DNA of 64,000 bases from the IMG/VR virus record IMGVR_UViG_3300044796_000662, positions 186,001-250,000 of that record; one strand, 5' to 3'. Below are positions 43,105-52,408 of the stretch, in pieces. The number at the start of each line of letters is the position of its first letter. Position 1 is the stretch's first letter. Below the pieces are notes generated by a model. It saw only the letters and a program-made list of their open reading frames with translations. It had not been told where the DNA came from and searched no databases. Made by a program: the position numbers and the translations under genes.

Positions 43105-45129
43105 TCAGCGCACGCGACCGCGAACCCGTCCACCACCGCCGCCCCGGGGTCTCATCCGCTCTGTAAACACACCATGTTTACGGGCTCGGCCCATCTGGTA
43201 GGCCGCGAGCGTCGGTCCGACGTTCGCGTGTAGCCGGTCAGGGTGTGAGTTGTAAACATGCTTCATGTTGCCGAGGCGCTCGTGCGAGAGCCAGATGGCA
43301 CGGATGAGAGCGTCGCTCATGTCGTCGTGGTAGCCCGGGTGCTCAGGGGCGCTGACGACAGTGACGTTTCGGGAGAACTGCTCGGCCTGAAGAGTCAGAA
43401 GCTCGGCGATGAGGGGCGAGTGCTTGACCTGCGCCCCCGCCACTGCGGCAGGGTAGTCGTACAGGACCAGCTTGTGGTCCCACATGAGCGTCTTGACCGC
43501 CTGGTACATCTTCGAGGTCACGTCGCGCGTGAAGAATTCGGCCCGCATCTGCGTGAAGCCCTTCTTCATGAAGGTCTGCTCCATCGACATGCCCTGCCAC
43601 TGGTCGTAGAGCCCGTCCGTGATGTGGAATCGCTTGCTCAGCGACATGACCCAGTTGACGATCTCGTCGAAGTCCAGCCGGTCCACGTTCTGGAGCGTCC
43701 TGGCGTAGTCGGTTGGGTAGTTCGACCCGAGATGCGGGTTGCTCTCCCGCCAGTCCACGCCCGCCTGCCAATACTCGTGGTAGGCGAGAACGATCTTGTC
43801 CCCATCCGGGTATGTGATCGCGATGGCCGTACCGTCGTTGATGACACCGACGTCCATCCCGAGCTGGTGCGGGTAGCGCGGGGTGCCGATGGTCATGGGC
43901 ACGCGTCCAGGCTCGACGCAGTCCATGAGATCCTGCTCACGCTCGATCCAACCGCGAACACGGTCCGAGAAGTTCGCCCCGTGCTCTGTCGAGAAGGTGG
44001 CGGGGTCCTCGTGGTACTTGTCGCGGTAGTAGTCCGGCGAGATGGTCGGGTTGATCTCCCAGGTCGGGGCCTGGATGGCGAGCTTGTTGGCCGCAGCGTC
44101 GCCGCCGCGCATCGCCTGGTGGAACAGCTCATAGAACTTGCCCGCCTTGTTGAGCGGGGAGCTGATGCAGATGATCCGGCCCTCGTTCGGCCCGATGGGG
44201 TTCGAAGTGTTTTCCGGATCCTTCGGCGAGAAGGCCGCCTTGCTCGGCGAGATCGCGTCGTAGATCTCCTTGGCGCTCGACTGACCCTCGTCGATGAAGT
44301 GCGCCATCTCGTCGAGGATGATGACGATGTTACCGGCACCGCGGAGACCCTTGGCGACGCACGACTTGAACGTGACGCGCAGAGTGGCCTTACCGTTGAG
44401 GGACTGGAACTTACCGTCCTTGAAGCGCGTGATGACACCGAACCGCTCGATGTCGTAGGGCGTCCTGAACTTGATGTCCGAGAGGGTGCTGGACGCGATG
44501 TACGGCTTGAAGTAGTCGCAGCGCGCCAAGTGCGCGGTCACCTCGTTGAAGAGCAGTGACGCCTGGTCCTTGTCGGTAGCGACGGAGATGATCTGGATGC
44601 GGTTGCCGGGCGGCAGACCGTAGTAGCCCTGCGGGTGGTTCAGGTTGAGTAGACGGTAGACCTCGTAGCTGGCGAAGATGCCCGAGAGGGTCGTCTTGCC
44701 GCCACGGCGCCCGATCGCGAGGATCAGCTCCCGTCGCTCGTGGTCCTGCTCGCCGATGTTGCAGCGGCCTTCGTTGAAGAGGAACTGGAGGTATTCCTTC
44801 TCCGTGAAGTGGTACAGGACACGCGTCTTGAGCATGTCCGTGACTTCGATGGTCTTGTTCTTGTCGTCGAGCGGCAGATGGTAGTAGAGCTTCACGATGA
44901 AGCGCTGCACCGGATACAGGTGCATCGAGAGGCCCCAGTCGCTCTCGATGTACTCCAGAATGTTGAAGATGTGCGGCTGCTTAGCCCTCGGCTGGACAGT
45001 TTCGCCGCCGATCTCCGAGAGCAGACCAAAGGCTTGGTCGTCGAGGACTTCCTGAGCCTTGATCTTCGCCTGTTGGCCCGCAGCCCTGAGAAGAGCCGCG
45101 ATACCGCCACCGTTATTCGACGCTGCCAT
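43105..45129 (-). CDS. terL: Terminase large subunit
   Basis: Walker A GRRGGKTT, Walker B IILDE, ISSP coupling motif, RNase H-like GMDVG..DGTA and HDDMSDA. Confidence 0.92.
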   Translation of the reverse strand: MAASNNGGGIAALLRAAGQQAKIKAQEVLDDQAFGLLSEIGGETVQPRAKQPHIFNILEYIESDWGLSMHLYPVQRFIVKLYYHLPLDDKNKTIEVTDMLKTRVLYHFTEKEYLQFLFNEGRCNIGEQDHERRELILAIGRRGGKTTLSGIFASYEVYRLLNLNHPQGYYGLPPGNRIQIISVATDKDQASLLFNEVTAHLARCDYFKPYIASSTLSDIKFRTPYDIERFGVITRFKDGKFQSLNGKATLRVTFKSCVAKGLRGAGNIVIILDEMAHFIDEGQSSAKEIYDAISPSKAAFSPKDPENTSNPIGPNEGRIICISSPLNKAGKFYELFHQAMRGGDAAANKLAIQAPTWEINPTISPDYYRDKYHEDPATFSTEHGANFSDRVRGWIEREQDLMDCVEPGRVPMTIGTPRYPHQLGMDVGVINDGTAIAITYPDGDKIVLAYHEYWQAGVDWRESNPHLGSNYPTDYARTLQNVDRLDFDEIVNWVMSLSKRFHITDGLYDQWQGMSMEQTFMKKGFTQMRAEFFTRDVTSKMYQAVKTLMWDHKLVLYDYPAAVAGAQVKHSPLIAELLTLQAEQFSRNVTVVSAPEHPGYHDDMSDALIRAIWLSHERLGNMKHVYNSHPDRLHANVGPTLAAYQMGRARKHGVFTERMRPRGGGGGRVRGRVR

Positions 45130-45132
45130 AGG

Positions 45133-45813
45133 TCACCGGACCAGTTCTGCTGCGTTCTCCTCCCACCCTTCCATCGACGTGGACAGGCGGTTGAAAAGCA
45201 GGTCGATCTGTTCCGGACGCATCCCGATCTCCACGCACATCTCACGGAAGTGACCGATGAGGAGACCGAACACCTTCTGGAACTTCTCGGATTTCAGGTT
45301 GATCACGTCCGCACCCATCTTCTTGATCTCCAGCTCGATGCCGGCGATCTTCGTGAGGGCGTCGATACGACGTGTGGACACCTGGGCTGTGTCCTTGCCC
45401 AGCTTCTCGTTCTCGATTCGCTGGAAGTGCAGCGCCGCCGCCTCTTTGGCGACTTCGTGCTTGATGATGCGGAGCATGTCTACGGCGTCAGAACGGGCTC
45501 CGATAGCCTTGACGACCGGGTCACTCTCGATGAACCCGACCTTCTCCTCGGTCATCGCCTGGTGGTATTCCAGGTCCGTCTGGTTGGGCTTGCGCGTGAT
45601 CTGACGAGGACGTCCCACGCGCCGGGTGATGTTGGGGCCACCGGCTGCATGCACAGGGAGCAAGGTGATGAGCTTGGCGGTGCGCTGGCGGTCATCCACC
45701 GGCTCATCGGTCTCCTCGATCTCCTCGGCCCCAAGCAACGAGGCTTCCTCGACCTCCGATGCCTCGTCCCCCTCAACTACGTCGTTGCGCTGTCCCTTGT
45801 TGTTCTCGCTCAT
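45133..45813 (-). CDS. Putative terminase small subunit
   Basis: Directly upstream of terL; helical; VGRPR motif; positional inference. Confidence 0.45.
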   Translation of the reverse strand: MSENNKGQRNDVVEGDEASEVEEASLLGAEEIEETDEPVDDRQRTAKLITLLPVHAAGGPNITRRVGRPRQITRKPNQTDLEYHQAMTEEKVGFIESDPVVKAIGARSDAVDMLRIIKHEVAKEAAALHFQRIENEKLGKDTAQVSTRRIDALTKIAGIELEIKKMGADVINLKSEKFQKVFGLLIGHFREMCVEIGMRPEQIDLLFNRLSTSMEGWEENAAELVR

Positions 45814-46190
45814 GACTTCTTGCCTGCGGGTTTGCCGTCCCCGCCTCCTTGGGTCCGAATCAAGAACTGCGACAGGTTGTAGACCGTGTCGTAGCCCTTA
45901 TCTCTCGGGACTCCCTTGTCGATTGCGTGCTGTAGATCCTTGCCCGTCTCGACGTAGTTCAATACCCCAGCGTTATTGGGGGTCAGATTGAACACGTCAG
46001 CCGGCTGGATGTCTCGGCGGTTGATGATGGGGTGATCCATCATGTACTCGCCGTTTTCCTTGACGATCTCCTTGGAGATGCCCTTCGGGGCGTTGACGGG
46101 CTTCGTCAGACGCTTGGCGTGCTGACGCCCGCCTGGGGCTTGATCGGCCAGGCGTCGCTGAAACCTCGCCGCGACGCGAAGAGCGATCAT
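45810..46190 (-). CDS. Hypothetical protein (N-terminal RVAARF motif)
   Basis: ATGA-coupled ORF. Confidence 0.65.
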   Translation of the reverse strand: MIALRVAARFQRRLADQAPGGRQHAKRLTKPVNAPKGISKEIVKENGEYMMDHPIINRRDIQPADVFNLTPNNAGVLNYVETGKDLQHAIDKGVPRDKGYDTVYNLSQFLIRTQGGGDGKPAGKKS

Positions 46191-46432
46191 AGCCGGTTCA
46201 GGGCCTCGATTGCCTTGAGGGCATCCACGAGGATGTGCTCCTGGCGTTCCTTGACGAACACCTCGCGGGGCACCTCGTCAGCGAGGTGCCTCACGATGAT
46301 GGCGCCACCCTCAGTCTCGATCTCGATGTTCTTCTCCCAACCCTCGTCCAGATGGTGCTGCGAGAGCCACTTCGAGACCGGATGGTCCTCGTAGCTGACC
46401 TTCCACGCTGCGCTCTTGACGGAGACAGGCAT
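46187..46432 (-). CDS. Small hypothetical protein
   Basis: Tightly packed ORF. Confidence 0.6.
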   Translation of the reverse strand: MPVSVKSAAWKVSYEDHPVSKWLSQHHLDEGWEKNIEIETEGGAIIVRHLADEVPREVFVKERQEHILVDALKAIEALNRL

Positions 46433-46433
46433 G

Positions 46434-48437
46434 TCAGACCTTCACCTTCGCGCGGCCCATGACGATCTCGAACGAGGTGGCGGGCTTGGCCTCGTCAACC
46501 TCGACCGTCATGCCGCCGTTCTGGAGCTGGTACTCGGCGACCATCGAGAGCCCCGTGCCCTGCATCAGGCTGGGGAGGTTGGTCTCCGTGGCAGCGCCAG
46601 AGTTGAGCATCGCGTGCTGTTGCGCGGTCTTGTCCACGTACGGCGGCTCGTGGACGAGCGCCTTGCCGAGCTTCGAGCACGTGTTGTTCACGTTGTGGAC
46701 GCAACCCGTGCACTTGGGACCGATCTTGGCGTACTTGACCTGCTTGGACTTGTAGAGGCGCGAGACCTCTTCGCAGCCAGCGCCGTAGTCGGAGTACGGG
46801 GCCGGATCGATGTAGTAGATGCCTTGGAGACCCTGCTCGGCGAAGACCGCCTTGAGTTCCCCACGGGCAGCCTGGATCTCCTCAGCGGAGAAGGCCAGAC
46901 GCATCGTACGCACGAGATCCTCACCGTAGAGTCCCTCGTTGAGGTACTTGCGGGCGGCCGCGACGATCGGACGAACGACCGGCCTCTGAGGTTCACGGGC
47001 AGGTGCCCCGTGGAAGGCCCGGACGATGTCCAGACGACCCGATGCTTGGACGGGGGGCGCCTCACGCGCGACAGACTGGTAGATGCCCTTGAGCTGCTCG
47101 CGAGGAGTGTTGCCCCACGAAGAAGCAACCCTGCCATCGACCGGAGGCAAGCGGCCGGCGGTGCGAAGCTCCAGGATGACAGCGTTGACGGTCTGCGGCG
47201 TGTACAGGTCGCTCGCCTCGCGAATGAGGGGCTTGCCGTACAGCATGCAGCGGCCGATCTTGTTGTAGATGCACGACTCGCACTTCGAGCCCGTGACGAT
47301 GCCACGGATGCCGAGGTTGTGCTTCGCCACGAAGTCCGCGCCCTCGTGGCAGTCGTCGAACGAGTCCTGCGTCGAGTAGACTCGACCATAGAGACCCGCC
47401 TCACGGAAGTGTGGCTCCCAGACCGAACGCGTCCTCGCCAGGTCGTCCATCGAGAACCGAACTCGAAGGGACTCGCCGACTTCAGCGGACGTACGACCCT
47501 TGAGCATCTCGCGACGGATGAAGGCGACGATCGGCGTGGCCTTGTGGTCCAGCGCCATCTTCTCGTCGCGCTTGCGCGTCAAGTTGCTGGCCGCCACGAG
47601 CTGGTCACTGAGGCCCTCGGTCGAACCGCCAACAGGCTTGGGGAACTGGTTCTCGCCCACGCCACGATAGACGGCCTCACGCTTCGGAGTCTCCGCGAGC
47701 ACCGCCAGACGGATGCGCTCCTTGGGGGCTGCCGTTGAAGCCTGGATGACCTTGCCCTGCATCCGCTGGAGCTGCTCGACCTCGGCGGCGAGCTGCTCCG
47801 TGTACGGCACGTTGAGGACGACTTCCTTGTGGAAGACGGCGCAGTTGGTGGTGCTGCCGATCTTCTTCGCATGGATGCAGTTGTTGCACTGCGGCTTCGC
47901 GACGATGTACTTCGCATCAGACGCGTGCCGGCGCACGAAGAGCTGCGGCGTCTTGGGCGAGTTATGGCAGCTTGGGAAGTCCGAAGCCACGATGTAGACG
48001 CGCCCGAGAAGACCCCGCTCCTGGAGAGCCTGAGCGATGACGTCGCGGTTCGCTTGAAGCGTCTGTGCGTCGAACTTGGCGGTGAGCGTCCGACGAAGGG
48101 CGTTCAAGTCCGAAGACTGGATGAGGGCGTAGCGCGTGACCTTGGCCACGTCTTCGGCCTTCGCACGCAGGGGGCCATGCGCCATGGACAGGTCGCCCAT
48201 GGTGTGGACTTCACCCGCGCCGGGGAACGGCTTGACCGGCCCCGTGTTCGGGACGAGGTGGTTCGTCGAGGGGTCGTCCTCGTGAGCCCAGAGCGCCTGG
48301 AGGTCCGGTGCGATGTCCAAGTTCTGCTTGGGCAGCACGGACTCCTTCTGGTACTCCTTCTCGTCAACGTCGAGCCAATCGAGGTTGGCGACGCTGCCCT
48401 CCTTCAGGAAGTTGCTGAGGTCACCTAGATCAGCCAT
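46434..48437 (-). CDS. Protein with three Cys4 repeat domains
   Basis: 3x ExGLxGxxY...C...CxxC...C. Confidence 0.75.
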   Translation of the reverse strand: MADLGDLSNFLKEGSVANLDWLDVDEKEYQKESVLPKQNLDIAPDLQALWAHEDDPSTNHLVPNTGPVKPFPGAGEVHTMGDLSMAHGPLRAKAEDVAKVTRYALIQSSDLNALRRTLTAKFDAQTLQANRDVIAQALQERGLLGRVYIVASDFPSCHNSPKTPQLFVRRHASDAKYIVAKPQCNNCIHAKKIGSTTNCAVFHKEVVLNVPYTEQLAAEVEQLQRMQGKVIQASTAAPKERIRLAVLAETPKREAVYRGVGENQFPKPVGGSTEGLSDQLVAASNLTRKRDEKMALDHKATPIVAFIRREMLKGRTSAEVGESLRVRFSMDDLARTRSVWEPHFREAGLYGRVYSTQDSFDDCHEGADFVAKHNLGIRGIVTGSKCESCIYNKIGRCMLYGKPLIREASDLYTPQTVNAVILELRTAGRLPPVDGRVASSWGNTPREQLKGIYQSVAREAPPVQASGRLDIVRAFHGAPAREPQRPVVRPIVAAARKYLNEGLYGEDLVRTMRLAFSAEEIQAARGELKAVFAEQGLQGIYYIDPAPYSDYGAGCEEVSRLYKSKQVKYAKIGPKCTGCVHNVNNTCSKLGKALVHEPPYVDKTAQQHAMLNSGAATETNLPSLMQGTGLSMVAEYQLQNGGMTVEVDEAKPATSFEIVMGRAKVKV

Positions 48438-50178
48438 CGATCTCTCCGTTGGGCTTTGCGTAGGGCCCTTCGTTATCCCGCTGGCTCATCCAGTCAGGCC
48501 GCATGTTGTGGGTAGAGTCGTCCCACTTCGTGTAAGGCTCATCCATCTGCTCGTAGCGGTAAGCCGAACCTGGTTGCATGTCCTTGTCGAACTCGGTGGT
48601 TGCGGACCCACCATCGCCAGGGAGCTGCGTCGTAGCGAACTCGAACTCGCCGAAGTGGGACGGGCGAGGAATCAGCGGGCGAGGCGGAGAGGGCGGGCTG
48701 CTCTGCGGCAACTCGCTCTCAGCGACCCCTGAAAGCACCGGGTTCTCTGTCGGACCCTTGATGGTGTCGATGTCGTTGTCCTTCGGACCCGTGTAATAGT
48801 CCGAGCGGGCGACTCCCTGTTGCTCATCCCCAGGTAGGCTGGTCAGCGCGGGCGGGCCAACGAAAGTTCCGAGGATAGCTTGCAGTCGCTCTCGGGCCAT
48901 CTTGACCGACTTGTTGATGCTTTTCTCGACCGCGGGCGTCGAGTCGGGGTTCTCGTTGTCGTGAACCTTGCCGCCCGGGTCGTTGGGCAGACCGGACTCG
49001 GGGCCATAGACGCCCTTGTCGCCCATGCTGGGGCTCGACTGACCGTAGCCGCCCGCGCCCTGGCCGTGCGCATCGTTGCCGTTCCCTCGGCCGATGCCGA
49101 AGTCGTAGCCCTCAGTGCGTGTGTCGAAGCTCGTGTTCGAGTCGGGCATCGCGGACGTGCCGACAGGTGCCTGCTGCGGGGCAGCGTTGCGGCCGCCGTC
49201 GTACTGGTAGGCAGGCTGGCTTCCGTAATCCTGGCTCATGGGCTCGCCGCTGACGCCCTCATCCTTGCCCCAAGGGTCTTTCGGAAGGCCCGGCTCGCGC
49301 TGGTTGACCGCGCCGCCCCAGCCCGTTTGATCCGTGTCTGCGCGATCGAGGTGCTTGACGCGAGGGCCGCCGAGAGAATCGGGGTTCACCGAAGAGTTGG
49401 CGAGGATGTCGAAGACGATCTGAGCGGCCATGCGCTCGACCGGCGAACGGTAGTCGTAGCTCGACTGCTTGTGGTTCTTGTTCTGAGCCGGCGGCTTGGC
49501 CTTCTGCACGGTCTCAGCATCACCACCATCGGGCAGGTCGGAGGCAGGCTTGCCTTCCTCCTCGCCTTCCATCTGCTTGACCCACGAGGTGCTGGGCTTG
49601 CCCTTCTTCTCGACCTCGGCCTCGTCGTCCTCGATGTCTTCTTCGGGGTTGTCGAGGATCGATTCGGACTCGCCAATGAGGCGCTCGATGCTGACGAAGT
49701 CTTCCTTGGTCAGCTCGCCGAGCTTGGGCTTCCAGTGCGGGGCGTTGACCTCGTCGTGAATCGTGTCGGAGACAGCGGACAGTGCCTCGCAAGCGTCATA
49801 GAGGCGCTGGCGAAGGTCCGTGACCTTCATGATGTACCCACGGCCGCCGACCATACCGTCCGGAGAGACGGTGCTCGACTTGACGCGGTTGAAGAGGCGG
49901 TACGCTTGAAGTGCGTGCCCGAGGCTCACGCTCATCGCCCACAGCATCTTGGCGAGAGGCTTGAGCGCCTTGGGGTCGTACTTGTGGTCCGAGGGGATCT
50001 GGCGGTTCGCCGGTCCGTTGGGGCCTTCGATGGGCATTCCATCCGCACCGGGAGGCATCATCTGCCCCGGCTGCGCTCCGCCCTTGGGCGGCGGGGGCGG
50101 CGGTCCCTTAGCCACGCGGACGCCATCGGCCTTGGCAAGGGCCGCTCGAACGTGAGTGCGGAAGTCCTTGTCGCCCAT
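48430..50178 (-). CDS. Hypothetical protein, helical N-domain plus long disordered G/P/D-rich tail
   Basis: Long ORF in head gene block. Confidence 0.75.
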   Translation of the reverse strand: MGDKDFRTHVRAALAKADGVRVAKGPPPPPPKGGAQPGQMMPPGADGMPIEGPNGPANRQIPSDHKYDPKALKPLAKMLWAMSVSLGHALQAYRLFNRVKSSTVSPDGMVGGRGYIMKVTDLRQRLYDACEALSAVSDTIHDEVNAPHWKPKLGELTKEDFVSIERLIGESESILDNPEEDIEDDEAEVEKKGKPSTSWVKQMEGEEEGKPASDLPDGGDAETVQKAKPPAQNKNHKQSSYDYRSPVERMAAQIVFDILANSSVNPDSLGGPRVKHLDRADTDQTGWGGAVNQREPGLPKDPWGKDEGVSGEPMSQDYGSQPAYQYDGGRNAAPQQAPVGTSAMPDSNTSFDTRTEGYDFGIGRGNGNDAHGQGAGGYGQSSPSMGDKGVYGPESGLPNDPGGKVHDNENPDSTPAVEKSINKSVKMARERLQAILGTFVGPPALTSLPGDEQQGVARSDYYTGPKDNDIDTIKGPTENPVLSGVAESELPQSSPPSPPRPLIPRPSHFGEFEFATTQLPGDGGSATTEFDKDMQPGSAYRYEQMDEPYTKWDDSTHNMRPDWMSQRDNEGPYAKPNGEIDG

Positions 50179-50180
50179 GA

Positions 50181-50564
50181 TCAACCCTTGAGGGGCTCCC
50201 CGTTGTCGTCGAACAGGCGCTCGATGAAGAAGTCCCCGCCCTCGCGCTTGAGCGTCCAGAGATCCCTCTGGCTCTTGTGGATGAGCGTCTCGTTCGAGAC
50301 ACGCACGAAGTTCGACAGGTCACCGAGCGAAGCGACCTTCTTGCGGCCGGTTTTGTGGGCCGAGACGATGTGGGGTTCACGCTGGAAGAGCGCGTCGATA
50401 CCCGTGGCCTCCGAGCCCTGGATTTCCCCCAGCTCGAAGTTGGGCTTCGAACCGACCTCGATCTTCGTGAGGATGGAGCCCTTCGTGAAAGGGCCACTCT
50501 CGCTCGCGCCCGACAGGAAACCGTCGATGTCAGCACCGTTGCTCAGGTCTTCGATCTTCGCCAT
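50181..50564 (-). CDS. Hypothetical head-region protein
   Basis: TLIHKSQRDLW...IERLFDDNGEPLK C-terminal domain after KKVAS. Confidence 0.7.
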   Translation of the reverse strand: MAKIEDLSNGADIDGFLSGASESGPFTKGSILTKIEVGSKPNFELGEIQGSEATGIDALFQREPHIVSAHKTGRKKVASLGDLSNFVRVSNETLIHKSQRDLWTLKREGGDFFIERLFDDNGEPLKG

Positions 50565-50571
50565 GGGTTCC

Positions 50572-51471
50572 TCAGGTGACAGTCAGAGTGACCGACAGGT
50601 CTTGGTAGGAGTTGCTAGAGAAGCCGCTGACCCGGAGCGTCTCCGTGTACGTGCCCGGCTGAAGGTTGCAGGACGTGGACACTGCGACCGACACGTTGAC
50701 CGCACCGCTCGAAGCGATGGTGCCAGACGACGGCGTGAAGCTGGTCAGCCAGGGCGACAGCCCAATGAGCTTCTGCACCTGGAAGTTGAGGATCGAACCC
50801 GCGGGCCCCGTGTTCTGCACCTGGAAGGTCTGTGCGGGGATGGGGACAGGCGGATTGCTGAACGCGATCCCGTTGAACGAGAGCGCCGTGGGAGACAGGG
50901 TGATCGTCGCTTGCGGTAGAACCGTGATCGTGACCGGGATGGTCTGGGGGTTGTTCGTCGCGTTCACGTCTTGGATGGTGACAGTCGCCGTGTAGGGGCT
51001 GTTGAGTGCAAGCAGGTCAGTCCCATCCACGGACACGTTGGTCATGCCCGAGGCGCCGAAGGCGATACCGCCCATGTTCGCCGGCGTCGCCTGCAAGTAG
51101 TCCGCTGACGTGGTCACGGAGGGGGACAGGAGCGAGCCGTACACGCCACTGTTCGTGACCGTGATGATCTGGGGCGTTCCGAACCCCTGCCCCTGCGTCG
51201 TCGTGAACGCAAGCGAAGTCGGCGCTGCCACGATGAGCGGAGCGAACGCCGATTGCAGCTCCGTGATGCTGTTGCCCATGGCCGTGACCACCGGGCCGGG
51301 CAACGGGATGTTGTCCCGAAGCAGCCCGAACGGGCTCACGATGTCCCGGACTTGAAAGGACACCACCGCCCTCGACACGTCAACGCGTGTCGTCCACCGC
51401 CACGTCCCCTGAGGAACCTGGATGGCGTACTGGTAGTCCTGAGTCTGTAGGTTGGACGCGAGGCTCGGCAC
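50572..51471 (-). CDS. BACON/Ig-like domain virion protein
   Basis: Two repeats of PTxLxF...Q...V.N.G..GS.L...W/YL...P..G. Confidence 0.75.
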   Translation of the reverse strand: MPSLASNLQTQDYQYAIQVPQGTWRWTTRVDVSRAVVSFQVRDIVSPFGLLRDNIPLPGPVVTAMGNSITELQSAFAPLIVAAPTSLAFTTTQGQGFGTPQIITVTNSGVYGSLLSPSVTTSADYLQATPANMGGIAFGASGMTNVSVDGTDLLALNSPYTATVTIQDVNATNNPQTIPVTITVLPQATITLSPTALSFNGIAFSNPPVPIPAQTFQVQNTGPAGSILNFQVQKLIGLSPWLTSFTPSSGTIASSGAVNVSVAVSTSCNLQPGTYTETLRVSGFSSNSYQDLSVTLTVT

Positions 51472-51530
51472 TGTATGGACGCTCCGGTGCTCACGGAACG
51501 TGGCCGATAAAAGAAACCGCGCCGGTTCGG

Positions 51531-51749
51531 CTAGTTGGGCCGGGTCGGAAAGACCTGTTTGGCCACAAAACGCGACAAACCGTCGAGGCGATGCATCGCC
51601 CGAAAAAGCCGGTGACGCACGCGACCCTGCGTCAGCCCCAGGGCGGCGGCTGCCGCCTTGATGGGGTAGGGCTCGTTCCGACTTCTCATCTCATCCAGGG
51701 TCCGAAGGATCTGGACGTCCATGTCGTCGATGATGTCAGAGGACTTCAT
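51531..51749 (-). CDS. Small HTH protein (copy of second HTH of upstream gene)
   Basis: Start MKSSD 51749; DVQIL...AAALGLTQGRVRHRLFRA. Confidence 0.7.
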   Translation of the reverse strand: MKSSDIIDDMDVQILRTLDEMRSRNEPYPIKAAAAALGLTQGRVRHRLFRAMHRLDGLSRFVAKQVFPTRPN

Positions 51750-52371
51750 CACCGCCACGATTGGCCCACTGGGGGAGTTTGACCTCGCGGAGGATGTTGA
51801 AGCGCTTCGAGCTGATCGCGTTGAAGACCTTGTGGTACGGGATGAACTTCCCATCCTTGGCGGCGGCGTCCTTGAGGGTCTTGACCGCCTTGAAGAAGCG
51901 GTGTCTCACGCGCCCCTGTGTGAGCCCCAGGCGGCTGGCCACCTCACTCTGGCAGGTCGTCTGCCACATGCCGATGAGGATGTCCACGTCGATGTCCTTG
52001 AAGACTTCGGGCAGATCGCGCCGCAAGTCCTCTTCGGTCACGGGCGGGATGCTGAGCAGGAACTTGATGCGCTGCAAGCCTCGATCGAGTCGATAGCTGA
52101 TCGCAGCCTGCGTCACCCCGAAGATCTCGGCGATGTCCGCCTGACGCTTCTTCTGGATGTAGTAGAGCTGGATGAGATCCGCCTCCCTTTGGGGGATGCG
52201 ATTGAGCAGAGGCATGATGCGGTCTTCGTAGTCCCCGTCTTGGAGGATCTTCTCGACCGTATCGTCCTCGGGCTCTTGTACCGGCTCTTCGTCGCTGTAG
52301 GGATCGTCGTTGGTGGCAAAGCGGTTGGCGAGTTCGGACGGGTCAACCGGAATCACGTAGCCGATGGTCAT
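51736..52371 (-). CDS. Tandem sigma70 region-4-like HTH protein
   Basis: LNRIPQREADLIQLYY....QADIAEIFGVTQAAISYRLDRG and QSEVASRLGLTQGRVRHR; ATG 52371 with GAGGGA SD. Confidence 0.8.
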   Translation of the reverse strand: MTIGYVIPVDPSELANRFATNDDPYSDEEPVQEPEDDTVEKILQDGDYEDRIMPLLNRIPQREADLIQLYYIQKKRQADIAEIFGVTQAAISYRLDRGLQRIKFLLSIPPVTEEDLRRDLPEVFKDIDVDILIGMWQTTCQSEVASRLGLTQGRVRHRFFKAVKTLKDAAAKDGKFIPYHKVFNAISSKRFNILREVKLPQWANRGGDEVL

Positions 52372-52408
52372 GTGGGTTCCCTCACGCGCGGGCTGCGCGG
52401 TTGCGGCT

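Noticed and set aside
43105-45129. Intein or intron in terminase, portal or capsid
   Set aside because: No C/S...HN splice motifs or frame interruptions; the LAGLIDADG gene is free-standing
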